The notes: generated from the sequence alone by a model not told the origin. 64,000 nt of DNA from Pocillopora verrucosa (GCF_036669915.1 NC_089313.1:5241331-5305330), one strand, 5' to 3'; shown: positions 51,081-63,776, counted from the stretch's first letter. Numbers and translations are program-made.

Positions 51081-53532
51081 TCACTTCGTGCGCAACCTTG
51101 ATTCTGCAATGTCAGTCAGGGCTTGTTGGATGAGCTCTAACAGTTTTTCTTAAGAGGAAAAAAAAAAGAGTATTAACCCAATAATCCCAAGAGGGACTGG
51201 CATCTAATTTCTCCTTACAAAATTACAGCTGAATTGAGCACAGAAGTTATGAGAATAAAGGAAATGATTACCAACAAGAGGGCTTGACTGTTAAACAAAT
51301 TCTCCTTGTCAGCACTTTAGGAAATGTACAGAGGACAGTATGGAGAATATCCACACTGATGTTAGGGTGTTGAGGGTTCAGAGTCTGGGAGCTAAGTCAC
51401 AACATTTTGCAGTGCATTCTATGAGACCAGGGCCACTCAGACGATGAGATCCAATCAACCCACAAAGTAAATAATTGAAGACAACATTTTCAAACCCAGC
51501 CAATCAGTTGTTCATCAAATCTTCCACAACACTCAACAGCCCATTTGTTGTGATTACTACCTTTCTTCATGACACAAAATGGAAAATCCCTCTAATAGAC
51601 AGTAAAGGCTTCTCACCTCCTCTTGCTACAGCCTCTTCCAGTTTCTTGCCAGCTGCGCTACTTTCAGCTTCCAACTTGTGCAAGCTTGCTGCCTGTGTTG
51701 TCCATAATTTTTCAATCATTTTAAATAAGCAAAACAAACAAACAAACAAACAAAAATGTATACAAGTGTAGCACAAGTGATGACCTTTAAATTTTTCGTT
51801 AGTCCCATTACTTGTTGGCTTAATGTTGTTTGATATTGTAAGGAGAAGTTTTGTCTCGGTCACTTATGGAAGTTTAAGGGTTACAGGTTAGTCACAAAAT
51901 GTCTGAAGCAAAAAGTTAAAGTAACATTTTCATTTGCTGATGCTGACTTGTACTGTTAACAGTATTTTTAAGCGACAGCTTAAAGAAGAAGAATAAGTGC
52001 AAACAAACAATTAAAAAACACACTGATCTTACTTGAAGCTCTGGTGAACACTCCTCACTTGGAAGAGACTCGATTAGGAAATCAATGTCCTTTGCAGTTC
52101 TTGCAATAAGAGTGGCAAACAAAGCAGCATGTCCTAAAAGCAAACCATTGTCCCTTTTTCACATTATTCAATCATTAAAAGAAGGTAATTTTGGCTGTTT
52201 ATGGATTGAGATACATGTACCTTGCTCTTTAGAAGGTTTTGCAGCTGGTATTCTTTTTCTCAACAAAACACAATTTGGCAAGGGGAATGATCAAAATGAG
52301 AGGCAATAAACTTACTTCCCCTGAGAAATCTTAGCTTTTGGAAACCTGAAAGACTGTAAACTTAAACTTCAACAGAATGTTAAATAATTTTTCTTATGAT
52401 CAAAATAAGTAGCAAAGCTGAGACACTAAATAGTGGGAGATGGCATAAATGCTTCCATGAGAAATCTTGGCTTACTGGAAACTTTAATGATTGTCAAACT
52501 AAACATTTGACAGAACATGACATGACTTTTCCTTAGAGTAAAAAACTGAGTTGAATTGGAAAAAATGAGGAGGCATTTTAAGGAGAAATTAGATGTTGGT
52601 CACTCTTAGGGGTGAAAGGGTTAAGTCTAACCAACCTTCCTGTGTCACATCACCACTGTCACCATCTGAAAATAAAATGAAAATAAACATCCCTTACTGA
52701 CAGAGTTTGGGGTCCATACTGTGTGTCATTAATTGTGAGTTTTTTCCACCTTCCCACTTCCAAAATTTTTTTTTTTTTTGGATAATAAATCTAAGAGGGA
52801 TGACAAGAATTTCACCCAGGGTTTGGACAAAAATGACCTGATAAGTAAGATACATATGAAATCTTCAATAGGCATCTGACAGGTTTGGGATTTGGAATGG
52901 CCTCAGATGACTGACTAACCTCAAGAGCAAAATTGTGTTTCAGTTACTGACGCATTTAAATATTTAACTTACAGAGACATGCAAGGAATTTAAACTTCCC
53001 TTTGCCTGCAAAAGTTTCAGCAATTGGTAATAAATAACAAGAGGTTCTAGCAAAAAATAGCTTTAACCTTGGAGGTGATATAATCTACTGTACGTCCCAT
53101 TGTCCTATCAATTAACCCATTCACTACAAATTTAAAAAATCTCTTTACTAAACCACATGCCTCGTTCTTTCAAATTAGAAACTTCATGGATTTTCTGCAA
53201 TCCTACATCTCAATGCAATTCTAATATCCAGAAGAGAAAACTTACTCTTTTCAAAACCTGAAAAAACGTTTCCAGGTTGAGCTGTCTGTTGTAATATGCC
53301 GACACTGTTACAAAATTGATCTGCAAGCTAGAAAACATCGCAAAAAAAATACCATAAGATTTACTTTACTTTGAAGACGAGAATAAAAGCAGCAAAGACG
53401 ATGATTTGTATTCCACATGACGTATGAAAACCAAAATTCGCAAATTTTATGTTACTTGAACTATTTCCTCTATAGGAGAATCATAAAAAGTAAAATAACC
53501 TGATTCAAAGCATCTTGCAACTGTGTGATCCT
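51081..53532 (-). CDS. MED21: Mediator of RNA polymerase II transcription subunit 21 (MED21/SRB7); 6 coding exons including a 30-nt micro-exon, about 128 aa
   Basis: Minus-strand exons: 53491..53532 (ATG at 53532-53530; [14 protein letters not shown]), 53246..53327 ([27 protein letters not shown]), 52636..52665 (micro-exon [10 protein letters not shown], phase-compatible and fills the gap relative to human MED21; confidence 0.5), 52032..52132 ([33 protein letters not shown]), 51617..51692 ([25 protein letters not shown]), 51081..51136 ([18 protein letters not shown] then TGA 51083-51081). GT-AG at all junctions with consistent phase. Confidence 0.8.
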
Positions 53533-53624
53533 GTCCGCCATGTTGAATATCCATGCGACCTGGCAAAAATCCCCTGAATTTTTGTGTGGTCCGCCCCAGA
53601 GAACCATAAATGAGGACATGTGCC

Positions 53625-53729
53625 CTCTATCTCTCTCTCTCGTTTGTCCGATTCAGACGAACATTCGAAAATTTTGAGAACAATAATCTGTAGCGTGCAC
53701 ATCGTTTCGTGTCTTAGTTGACTTAAAAA
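53625..53729 (+). other. RPLP2: Candidate non-coding first exon (5' UTR) of RPLP2 with a TOP-like pyrimidine start
   Basis: CTCTCTCTCTCGTTTGTCCG at 53630-53650 followed by donor AAAAA|GTGAGT at 53730; only 100-200 bp from the MED21 start codon on the opposite strand. Speculative. Confidence 0.3.
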
Positions 53730-54225
53730 GTGAGTATAAAGGTCCTTAGTCTCTAAACAATAAAGTAATGTGTAATATAAACGTTTAACGGGAGAAAAAT
53801 ACTCCAAATATGCGACACATCTAGTCGACCACGTTGCGCTGTGAATATCAGCTCTTTTGAGCTGTGTTCAAAGTGTTACTTTTAGCTTCCGCACATTTGT
53901 TGTGGGATGTGGAGGAGATTAGGTTTCTTGATAGGCCTAATAAGTTTTAAAAGCTTCTAAAGGAAGTTGATCATGATGCACACGATCGATCTGAAAATGT
54001 CCCAGAGTGTAAGTCAGTGGATCTTGATTCCCATGTAGATATAAACTCTTGGTTCTTATCTGGACACGGTTTAATGTGGATGCCTTCTCTTCTCTTAGAG
54101 CTCAGGGATGAGTATCCTTAGCAAGGTTACTGTGCTCACTTGAGAGTGTATTCCTCCTAATTAATCTAGCTGGGCTGGTTGGTTGGATGAAATCTGCCTT
54201 CAGTTCTCAGGGGGAATTTAAACTA

Positions 54226-54372
54226 GGCCCCAGTTGTTTAAATGGTGGATAAGGCTATCCACTGGATAAATATCTTAGCGGTGGATGGCATAGTCCATTT
54301 TTTTAACCCTTATCTGCTGGATGGTGATATATCCTTTAGATAGTGCTATCCACCCTTTGAATAACTGGGCCC
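54226..54372. mobile_element. Palindromic MITE, family E (TIR GGCCCCAGTTGTTTAAATGGTGGATAAGGCTATCC ... GGATAGCACTATCCACCCTTTGAATAACTGGGCCC); second copy at about 15403-15600
   Basis: About 34-bp TIRs containing the GGATAA/TTATCC motif; lies in RPLP2 intron 1. The 15403-15600 copy sits in the POR upstream intergenic region. Confidence 0.55.
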
Positions 54373-54847
54373 AGGTTTGCAAGCTGAGATTTCAATCCCT
54401 TGGTCCATGGGAGGCCCTTTCAGTGTGGTGTGAGGGCCTAGGTTTTAGATTGTGGTGTTTGCCCACTGATGGTGGGATCTGGACAGGCTGCGACCCATAT
54501 ATACAGGGCAACCTAGTTTTTAAATGCAATGTAGCTAAGTTAGCAACTAAGGGAGGCTGGGTCATCTGTGTTTGTTAGCGGCAGAACAGACCTTTTCCAG
54601 GCTCCCAGTTAGTGGAGATGATTGAAACAGCTGGCAGGAGACAAGTGGTGGCAACCCCTGTAATTTTTGATTGCTCATATTCTTTGCCCATTCCCACTAA
54701 GCAAGAATCTGTCACAGGTTAAGCTTATCAAAGGACGATTTTGAAAGATATAAAACCTGATATCCTTTTCCTTTGGAGATTTTCCTCACTTGGCAACTTA
54801 TCATCCAGAACAAACATTGATGGAATCAACTTGAAACTATTTTTCAG

Positions 54848-55810
54848 ATGCGTTACGTGGCCGCTTATCTACTTGCCACCCTTGGAGGGAACAAAGAACC
54901 ATCTGCATCAGACATCAAAGCCATCCTTGAAAGTGTTGGCATTGATGTTGACTCTGATCGCCTTGATGTAGTCATTAAAGAGTTGAGTGGAAAGGACATC
55001 AATGAGGTAGATTTAAGTGCTTGACATTCCAATCAGTGATATAATCTTGAAAATTCCAATAAGTGTGCAGAATCTCATTCAAAGGATATATACCTCTAAC
55101 CAATGGGGTTTGGGGTCCCTTCCTTAAGTTACAGGTTGGGTGTTTTTACCTTGGATAAATGTAAGCAGAAAAAAAAAAGATTGTTTAGCTTACAGCACAG
55201 ACCAAGACAACAAGAGTAGTCAGATATTTATTACATCTCTGGCTTCAAATAGCGAGGAAAGATTTCAGTTCAAACAAACTTTTGGATTCAGCAGGCCATA
55301 TAGTGAAGTGTGGCCCATGAAATTGACCAATCACAGTGAATGTACTAACCAAATTCTTTTGTTGAATTTAAACAAATTTTACAAATCTGAATAAAGAACC
55401 TGTTTTTTGGTGAGCGATGTGTGTCTTCTCTGTGTGTGGTGAACAAGTTGTGTTTAGATTTAGGAAGACCAACTGACTTCCAAAGCCAATGCCACATCCC
55501 CAATTTTTTTTTAAGTGTGTAATAGCAGTTATTATTTTTAGGGACAACCAGGTCTATTACAGTAGATACATTTTCTCCAAATATGGGTTCCTCTAAAGGT
55601 GAATTTGGTGTTATTTTTTAGGTGATTGAAGCAGGTAAATCCAAACTGGCATCAGTTCCCACAGGTGGTGCTGTGATGGCAGCAGCATCATCAGGTGGGG
55701 GAGCTGCTGCTCCTGCTGGTGAGAAGGCAGAGGAGGAGAAGAAAGAAGAGAAGAAAGAAGAGGAAGAAGAAGAATCTGATGATGACATGGGATTTGGCTT
55801 GTTTGATTAA
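54848..55810 (+). CDS. RPLP2: 60S acidic ribosomal protein P2 (RPLP2), 115 aa, two coding exons preceded by an untranslated first exon
   Basis: Exon 54848..55006: the ATG follows a tttttcag acceptor directly ([53 protein letters not shown], donor GAG|GTAGAT). Exon 55622..55810: [18 protein letters not shown]...[25 protein letters not shown] then TAA (55808-55810). AATAAA at 55830-55835. The 5' UTR exon is not resolved. The best candidate is about 53625..53729: a polypyrimidine TOP-like start (CTCTCTCTCTCGTTTGTCC) ending at donor A|GTGAGT at 53730. An intronless start at the CCTTTTCCTTTGG motif near 54770 cannot be excluded. Confidence 0.9.
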
Positions 55811-55829
55811 GCAACTCTAACTAAAAGCA

Positions 55830-55835
55830 AATAAA
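55830..55835 (+). terminator. RPLP2: RPLP2 polyadenylation signal AATAAA, 20 nt after the stop codon
   Basis: gcaaATAAAtcttt directly downstream of TAA 55808-55810. Confidence 0.6.
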
Positions 55836-56832
55836 TCTTTGTAACCTCCAGGATCTGTGTCTGTTCTTAAACCTTGAGCATGAGTGACTCTTACCAGCAA
55901 TCAGACATCATGGAATACTTTTTTTTGAAAAAAAGCATAGTTAAATCCTGATAATGGGTGACCAACATGGCATGTGCTACCATCACTTAGGCAATATTGT
56001 AGAGTAAAATGAGGGAGACCTAGCTCTGAAGAATTGTTAAAAAAAAAAGGTTAAATCATTGGAACAACCATTTTTGAACAGACAAGAAGAATGCAGTTCA
56101 AATCCATTACCAACAAAATTATGCTCAGTTAAGTGCTGACCTTTTAGTAATATGGTCAGTTGTCATAATTTTAGAGCTAGTGATACCATTTCCAGAAAGA
56201 CTAAATAGACTGAAATTGGTGAGGATAATCATTTTCCAATTTTTTATAAAGGTAACACGATTTGTGTAATATTTCCCAAGGACTAGTTATACCCTTCACA
56301 CCACAGAAATTTGCCCTTTTCCAGAATACAATTTCATCTACCCTTCATTGCCATCTAATAGAAGAAAGCAGGGTTGTCGTTAGGGGCCAGTAAGGGATCA
56401 TTTTGCATCATCAACTTTGTGAATTGTGATCTAACACAAAAGAAGTATTTTTGAACTGATTTTTACATCAATGTCTAGCTTAAAAAAATGGCTCAGACAC
56501 GTCTTAGAATGCAAGAAATCATCTTGTAAAGTTTCAAATTCACCTTTTTCCAAGGAAGGATGACAACCACCACCACCCCCCACCCTCCTTAAAGGGCATT
56601 TTAACATGCCATGTTAGCCACTCAGCTGCATTTATTTTCTGAACATACCCTGTAAGTGTCAACAATGCACACTCTGCCATCAAGAAGATAGCGTTACCCA
56701 TCATTTGAGTGACTGGGGCTTGGCAGGTCCACCTGTGTGACAGACTGACATCACAGACAAGCTGCCTCAGAATAAATTTCCTTAGTAAAGGTGAGCATTG
56801 GCACTTAGAAAACCAAAGGCAAAATTAACCTG

Positions 56833-57247
56833 TTGACCCTGAAGAGTTACTGACATTATTTTAATTTCTCCTCACAATATCACCCCTGAATCAACCACTA
56901 AGGTCACAAGAAAATAGGAAATGACACAAACTTAAGAAGCTGTTGGTTGTTAAGAAATTTCTCTTTGTCACAACCTTAGGTAATGTGTAGAAAATAATAA
57001 GAATATTCAGACTGATGTTGAGGTGTCAAGGGTTAAGGAGAGTGAGACATATATGTTAACCCTTTAACTCCCAAAAGTGACTGACACGAAATTTCTCCCT
57101 TTAACCTCTATATGCTATTCAGCAAATCAGGTAGAAGCTGCTATCTTGATCTAGCACCAAGTTCTCACAACTTATTTACTATGAAATATGTAGCAGCTAG
57201 AGGGGAGAATTAACAATCAGATCTTGGGAGTTAAAGGGTTAAAATGA
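56833..57247. mobile_element. Two different MITE copies (subfamily B then subfamily A) inserted back-to-back in the RPLP2/SMG6 3' intergenic region
   Basis: Subfamily B reverse copy at 56833-57047 ends ...gtcaagggttaagg; about 15 bp later a subfamily A copy at 57064-57247 starts ttaaccctttaactcccaaaagtgactgac. Confidence 0.7.
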
Positions 57248-57551
57248 AAAAAAAAAAAAAAAATACACCATGACAGGTACACTTTTTTTTCCTTATGAGG
57301 ATACCAAGAGCATTTTATTTGTTTCAAACTTAACATATCAAAACAGTCATGAATGATGTGTTATTTATAGGTGCTTGGGGCTGGATGAGAAAGTTGTGAT
57401 GAGCACCTCATTCAGCTTTGCAGTGATGAGTTCATTAGTATCTTCTAACTCTCCTTGCAGGTAGATCTGTGTCAGGTCTTGATACAATACCAACCAGAGG
57501 TCATGATATTTTTGAGGCTTTAGCCTGAAACGTAACCCCATTCATTGCTTG

Positions 57552-60500
57552 TTACAGCCTAGCCATTTGTCTGAACTGTGGTATTGTAAGTACAGGGACA
57601 TTCCTGGTGTAAGCCTTCACTCTTAGGTTCCGGTCATCTGTCAGCAAAACTACTTTCCTCTGAATTGTTATTGGTTGATTTGCTGTGGAAGATGTAACAA
57701 TAATTTAAAACTAACTAGCCTCCTCCTTGAGCACAGGCTGCAAAAAGGATAGGGATGAAAAGTTTTGGGAATTTATTTCAGAGCCTCATTTTTCCCCTGT
57801 TTAGCTTCAATATTGGGAAGGATAAAAGTACAATAATCTCATAACTCTTACCCATTAACAAATCTTTGCAAACTATGACAACAATAGAAACAAAAAAGGA
57901 AGAGCAGTGTTACTTTGCTCTGTGATTAGTTTAGAAAACTTGCGCCACTCTTTATAAAACAGAAGCAAAACCAAAACCAATCATGACTAGGTCACTTGTG
58001 TTTTCCTGTGCTTTAATCAGTTTGGTTGGTTTGACTCTGAGTTCTCATTGGTTCTATACAGCACTTTGCTATTTTCTGCTTGACCATTTTGATTACTTTG
58101 GCTTTAGTTTTTCGACACTGTTGGAAAAAACTCTATTATCAATTCATTTTGTTTACGATTTTAACAAAAATATTGTAAATAAAACTGAAACTACATGCAC
58201 TATGTTTTAGATTGACATTGAGATGGACAAATAGGTAAAAGAAAAAAAGAGAGACTTAAAGCAAACTATGCGAGATTATGTTCAGCTCTAAGGAACTTTC
58301 AACATTTTCTGACAAAGAAAATAATACCTGTGGCCAACCGGTTGATAAAGTTCTCTTCACAGTAGTGTAAACAGCAGGAGAGAATAACATCATCATTGCA
58401 TCCTTTGCCCTGAAACAACCCATATTCATCAGGACCCACAGGTTTTAGTCAATGTACAGGTAATACATAAATCAAAAGATGCTTGTCTCTGGTAAGTTGT
58501 GATAAACAGGGAACTCAAAAGTGTAACTGGGCGGACCCCCCCCCCCCTTATCATCGTCAGAAAAGTTATAATTTATAAAATAAATTCATTCTGTATGCTC
58601 CTTCCTGTGTCCCAAACACCACAAGGCTTGGAGCATGTAAACTGTGTCTGATGGTCAATTACTCAGATTCCATCGGAGCTTTCTGCTAAATGTAGTATAT
58701 TCATGATATATGGAATGGAATGAAATGTCACCTTTCTTCCAGAAGGATCCTCGCTTCTAAATTGAATTGTATCCAACTCTGTTCCTTTGCTGGTCACTGT
58801 TTTAACCTGAGGATTTCTCTGGCTAAACTCAGACTCAAGAAAATGAATTGCAGATCTACAGACAGATATAAAAAAAAAATGTAACATATACAAATGTTTC
58901 TTCCAGGTTTCGTCTATTGTCATTTCCTTTTTTCCTTTACAAATACAACCTTTTTGCCAACAGTTTAAATATACAAACAGAATGAAAATACAAACAGAAT
59001 TGTAAAAGCTATTAGTTACTTAAAATTGTCTTTCTCCTCTGTCAAAGGCATCATATGTAAGTTACAAGCTTCTGGTGAAAAGTCATTTGGGTTTGACCTC
59101 AAAAAGAATTTGCACAAGAGTCTAGGAAGCCTCTAACTCATTACTTTTACTATATCTTATCTACTATATATATCTACTAGATACATCTACTATATCTTTG
59201 AGGAAATTTCAGGCTCCATAAATTCCACACCTGTAAACTACTACTAATGGTGCTTAGGTTATTTGGGAAAGGATAACATGAAGTGCACAGAGAGAAAATG
59301 AGAGAAAATTTTCTCATTTCCTTCACAAGCCACCAGAGCTTCTTTGTTTATAATACACACACACCTGGCATTCTCCATGACATAATGAGCATGCTGTAAA
59401 TCATCACATTTATCAAGGAGGACATCTTTCTTCAGACCATCAAGCTCATTAATTACTGCAGAAGATTTAACAAAAAGAAAAAAAAAAACACTCTTAAGGT
59501 GACAATTATAATGGAGGGGTGTAAGAACAGCAATTGAGCCAACACTTCAACTCACTTACCAATGAGTGGCACAACTAGAGTGAAATCCTGACTGGCCACA
59601 ATGGCCTTGACCCCTTCCAAATGATTCACAAAGCAGTTAGTGTCTGGTACCAAGTATGTTGGGTAGTTCTCAAACATTAGACGCGGCTTAGAAATGTGTT
59701 CCTCTATCACTGCCTGCAGTCAGTGGAAATAAATCATTGTTACAGAGGTGCATCACAGTAAATTTGGATCTATGCTCAACACCCTGAGATCATCCCAGGG
59801 AAACTGACCTTTGCCTTATCCTCTCTCTGCTTGTGAACTTCCATTTGCTTTTTCAAGGCATCTTTTTTGGCCTGCAGAAGAGAGCAAAACGATTTTAAGG
59901 CCCTTCCTCTCTAGAGTACTTATTGGAAAAAAAAAGTGATATAATTAAAGTAAAGACAAGTTTTACCTTGAGTTCCTTCAGGTCTTTTTCCACCTCATCA
60001 CTGTAAAGCAAAAAATCCAGGAAATGTGATTTTTCATGTGTAAGTTAATGAAATGCTAAACAACAAAGCTCAGCCAATTTGCCCCAAGCTACAGCATTGT
60101 ATGATCTCAAAAAACCTGCTGCCAACCAGCTTGGCAGAAAAGAAGTTTTACATAACCAAATGGTATGTGTCTTACACAAGAAAGAACACAAACAAACATG
60201 TCAGGTATAGCTAATACCAACAGCCTGGTTAGCAAACAAACAAAATCCTATGAAAATGTAATTTACTGAGTAAACCAGAACAAAAAGAAGATTTTCTACT
60301 GTGAAACTTTCCATTAAATTAAAGTTTACTTGGTCATGGACAAAAAAATAACAAAAGAGTACATTGAAGATAGCAAAATTTTGAAAAATTTGTTACAAAC
60401 AACAAACATAAAATAATTTAGGCTAAGTATTTAAAATACTTTAAAAACTGTGTCAAATATGTAGCCCCTAGAAAGCAACATGACAAAAGGATTTGTTTGT

Positions 60501-63500
60501 CACAATAATAATTGAAAAAATTATAATTGGAGATTGATTACCAACAATACTAAAAAATGCAACAAATGTAAAAGGTGAGTCTTACAGCCAATAACATCAT
60601 GGCTAAAGTGACCAATCAGTTTACATAAGCCAGACTTACCGCTAATACATTCAACTGACAACAATTATTCACTTGACTCTGATAATGACCTTGACTAAGG
60701 TTGTCGAAACTTTAATGCGACAACAGTCCTTCTCAGGACTACACTCACCTGGACGATCACACTACATTATAACATGTTACTCCTGGTTCAAACTATTTGC
60801 TGACAAGTGTATTTTGTGATATGTGATAAGCATCATACCCTGAGTCCAACTGCTCCTCTTCACTCTCAATGATAACATCAGCATCCTCATCTGAGTCCTA
60901 TACCAAACAAAAATATTTGGAGGTTCAATTTTTTCTTCAGCTGGACCCCACAAAATTGTGTGACAACATACTTATGATTTATATAGTATGCTCAGGCTGG
61001 TGATTTGAATTGGATGGAATGGCTGGATACTGCTACTAAACAGCCCATTGCTAACCTAAACAGTGAGACCAGTAGAATTCATCCCTGATTTCAAACATTA
61101 AGGTAATGAGAATAAAGGAAATGATTGCAAATTCAAGAAGCTCTTGATTGTCAGAAAAATTCTCCTTGCAGGTACCATAGAAAATGTATAGAGAACAGTA
61201 AGGAGAACCTGCATACCAGTGTTAGGGTATAAGGGGGGTCAAGGTACAAACCTCATGTTCATTTTGTTGTGATGTGTCCAAGTGAACCATGACTTGTGAC
61301 TCCTTCACTGGTGACACTGGTGTACTTTTAAGCACTGCTGAGAATTCTCCTTTGTCATTATCAAACTCCAGTGGTGGATGCTCCAGCGAGACCAAAAATG
61401 CAGCAAACTCTTTTAGACTATGGCATCGCAAATAATCTTCAGCAAGATTCTGTGGAAGACATGAAAAAATTCCAACACTTTGATAAGAAACTTCTACCTT
61501 CTCACCAAAAGTGACACCTAACTATAATTTGATTTTCAAGCTAAAAAAAGTTTTTCAATGTATTATACAACTGTGACTCTGATTAGTTAAAAAGTTCACC
61601 ACTACAATTCTAGGCTAATTTAGGGTTAAAAATCGTATGTGTTTTGAAGATCTGATCCAAATTGTCACATACTAGCTGGCTATTATATGAAAAATATCAT
61701 TCTGCATTTTTATCCTTGTTCTGCTTTTTCTTTTTGGAGGAAAAAAATTCACAATGGTAAACGTTGAGTGATATCAACCAATTAAAATTAGCCTGCAAGC
61801 AAGCTGTCATTATCAGCGCTTTGACAGAAACGTTTCTTTTTCTGTAGGAAAATATGAGACTTTGAACAATGTGAGCCCACAAGAGATCTGCAATGAGTTT
61901 AACACTGATAACATCTGACCCTAAAAAACCCCCACCCCATTCATTTGATATCATCCTGCATGCATATAGGGGTTGGGGGTGGGACAAACATGCCTAGCCT
62001 GCTTGTAGGTTACCTAAAATGAGACAGTGTGCTTAAAATTGGTTCCACTTTTAAAAAACCACATTTCACCAAAGAAAGCGATTTAGGTCTGTTGTTTTTT
62101 ATACATTGATTCCTAGAAAAACAAATTACTCTTCATTATTACAGGTTTACTCTACCTTACTGTCTGCATCTGGAATTTTACACATTGGTCTCACTGCTGT
62201 GTTCAATGGCTTAAATCCAGCAAGAAATTCATCCTCCATCAAGGTTACCATCTCATTAGCTAGCACATGACACAGAAAGATTACCATGAAGGTAAAGAAC
62301 ACTCATAGTCAATATGCAAGTTACTGTTAAAAACTAATATGGCAGCATAACCATACAACAACAAAGGCTCTGTCAATAAAACGTGTAATAAAGAAAGTTC
62401 ATTTGAAATTCAAATCACAGATGTAATTTTCTATCACGCACAGAAGAGGTAGGCAGTTGGGTATTTATATACTTCTGATGTCTACGAAGTTTTCAGCAAC
62501 TTGATGATAAATACCTCTCTTACCTCTAAGCAACTTAATAAACAGACCGAGAAAATGATGCTAGCAAGACGACAAACAAACTTTTGAATTTAGCAGGCCA
62601 TACTGTGAAATACAGCCTGCTAAATTGACCAATCACAAGGCATATACTTCTAACAGATATAATAAATTATGACAGTGACAAGAATTGTAAAAGCTTAGTT
62701 AGTTTCTTACCATCATTATCATGAAGGTCATCAATATCCACATAAGATATGGCATTTGTGAACTGACTCACTGATTCCCAAAGACTTCTGTGAGTGCTAA
62801 GGTACAACAAAGAAGTGCACTCAAAATGTGTCCTCTGATCAGTAAACAAATCTTAACCCTTTAACTTCCAAGATCTCATTAGTAATTCTCCTAACTGTCT
62901 GCCATAAAATTTATATGATGTTTGTTTGGAGAAATTGGAATCGGATCAACTAATAATCCCCTTATTTATATTTTCTTTATTCTCATTACTTGTCTGCTTG
63001 ATATTGTACTGATACTGTAAGGAAAAATTCTGTCTAAGAATTTCTTTCAAGTATGGAGTATCCAATGGAGAATTCTACACCGACAATAAAGAAGTGTACA
63101 GCTAATCTTTTCATCACCATCAGATTTATATCTCATTAGGTGTGTAGTATTGCTGAGCAGTTTATGAGTTGTGCAGCCACAATAGAAAGTCAAGTATAAG
63201 TGATTATCTATTATAAAGCTTTGAAACAACTCACACAAGTGAACAAAACCCGGCAAACCAGTTTTTTTTACAGTGCTAAGTAAGCAACTGTCCAAATAAT
63301 CATACAATATTGCAAGATATTTGTATTTGATTCATGCATTATTTGTACTCCCAATGGAGAATATTATTACTTTACACTATTCTCCTTTGACTCCATTTCT
63401 CAATGAAAACCTTAGAACTGTACAACAGACAGCATAGAGAATCAAAAATTGGGCCTTAGAAGTAAAAGGGTTAACTTTAAAAACTTTTCTACATGTTTTC

Positions 63501-63776
63501 TGCCCTTCTTGCCTAGCTCCCACACACTGACAACTTACCTTATAGAGGAGACTTGCCACAGGTCAACATGACAGACCACCCAATCTGCAAACACTTTGAC
63601 TGAGGGTAGGAACTGATGAAGGGTGTCACTGAGGCCTTCATGGGTGTTTCTTGCTTCAAAGTCTATTTTCAGCAGCAGGGCACAGCAGGCCTTGAGCAGC
63701 ATGATGAACATCTCAACAGCAAGGTTCATAGCTTGGTCTTGAGGTGTGCCCACTCTGACATAAGGTTCTGCTGCAT
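57552..63776 (-). CDS. SMG6: Nonsense-mediated mRNA decay factor of the EST1/SMG5-SMG6 family (C-terminal part: acidic linker plus PIN nuclease domain); 12 exons seen, gene continues 5' beyond the window end
   Basis: Minus-strand exons: 63539..63776 (...LLKACCALLLKIDFEARNTHEGLSDTLHQFLPSVKVFADWVVCHVDLWQ, from the helical 14-3-3-like/TPR region), 62711..62796, 62161..62259, 61252..61436, 60839..60897 (acidic DSDEDADVIIESEEEQLDS), 59967..60000, 59809..59871, 59560..59713 (PIN: LVPDTNCFVNHLEG...LVVPLI), 59355..59445 (VINELDGLKKD...), 58732..58855 (...TELDTIQFRSEDPSGRK), 58328..58409 (NDDVILSCCLHYC), 57552..57682 (VVLLTDDRNLRVKAYTRNVPV...RL then TAA 57554-57552). GT-AG throughout with consistent phase. 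The acidic residues in VPDTN, INELDG and LTDDRN sit where the PIN catalytic triad would be, which favours an SMG6-like (active) rather than SMG5-like (inactive) protein. This paralog assignment is an inference. Confidence 0.75.
62865..63050. mobile_element. piggyBac-like MITE, subfamily C (TTAACCCTTTAACTTCCAAGATCTCATTAGTAATTCTCC ... TTGTAAGGAGAA.TTTTGTCT)
   Basis: Related copies at 28315-28505, 44210-44425 (two abutting pieces), 48237-48330, 51780-51895. Shares the TTAACCCTT end with subfamilies A and B. Confidence 0.6.
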
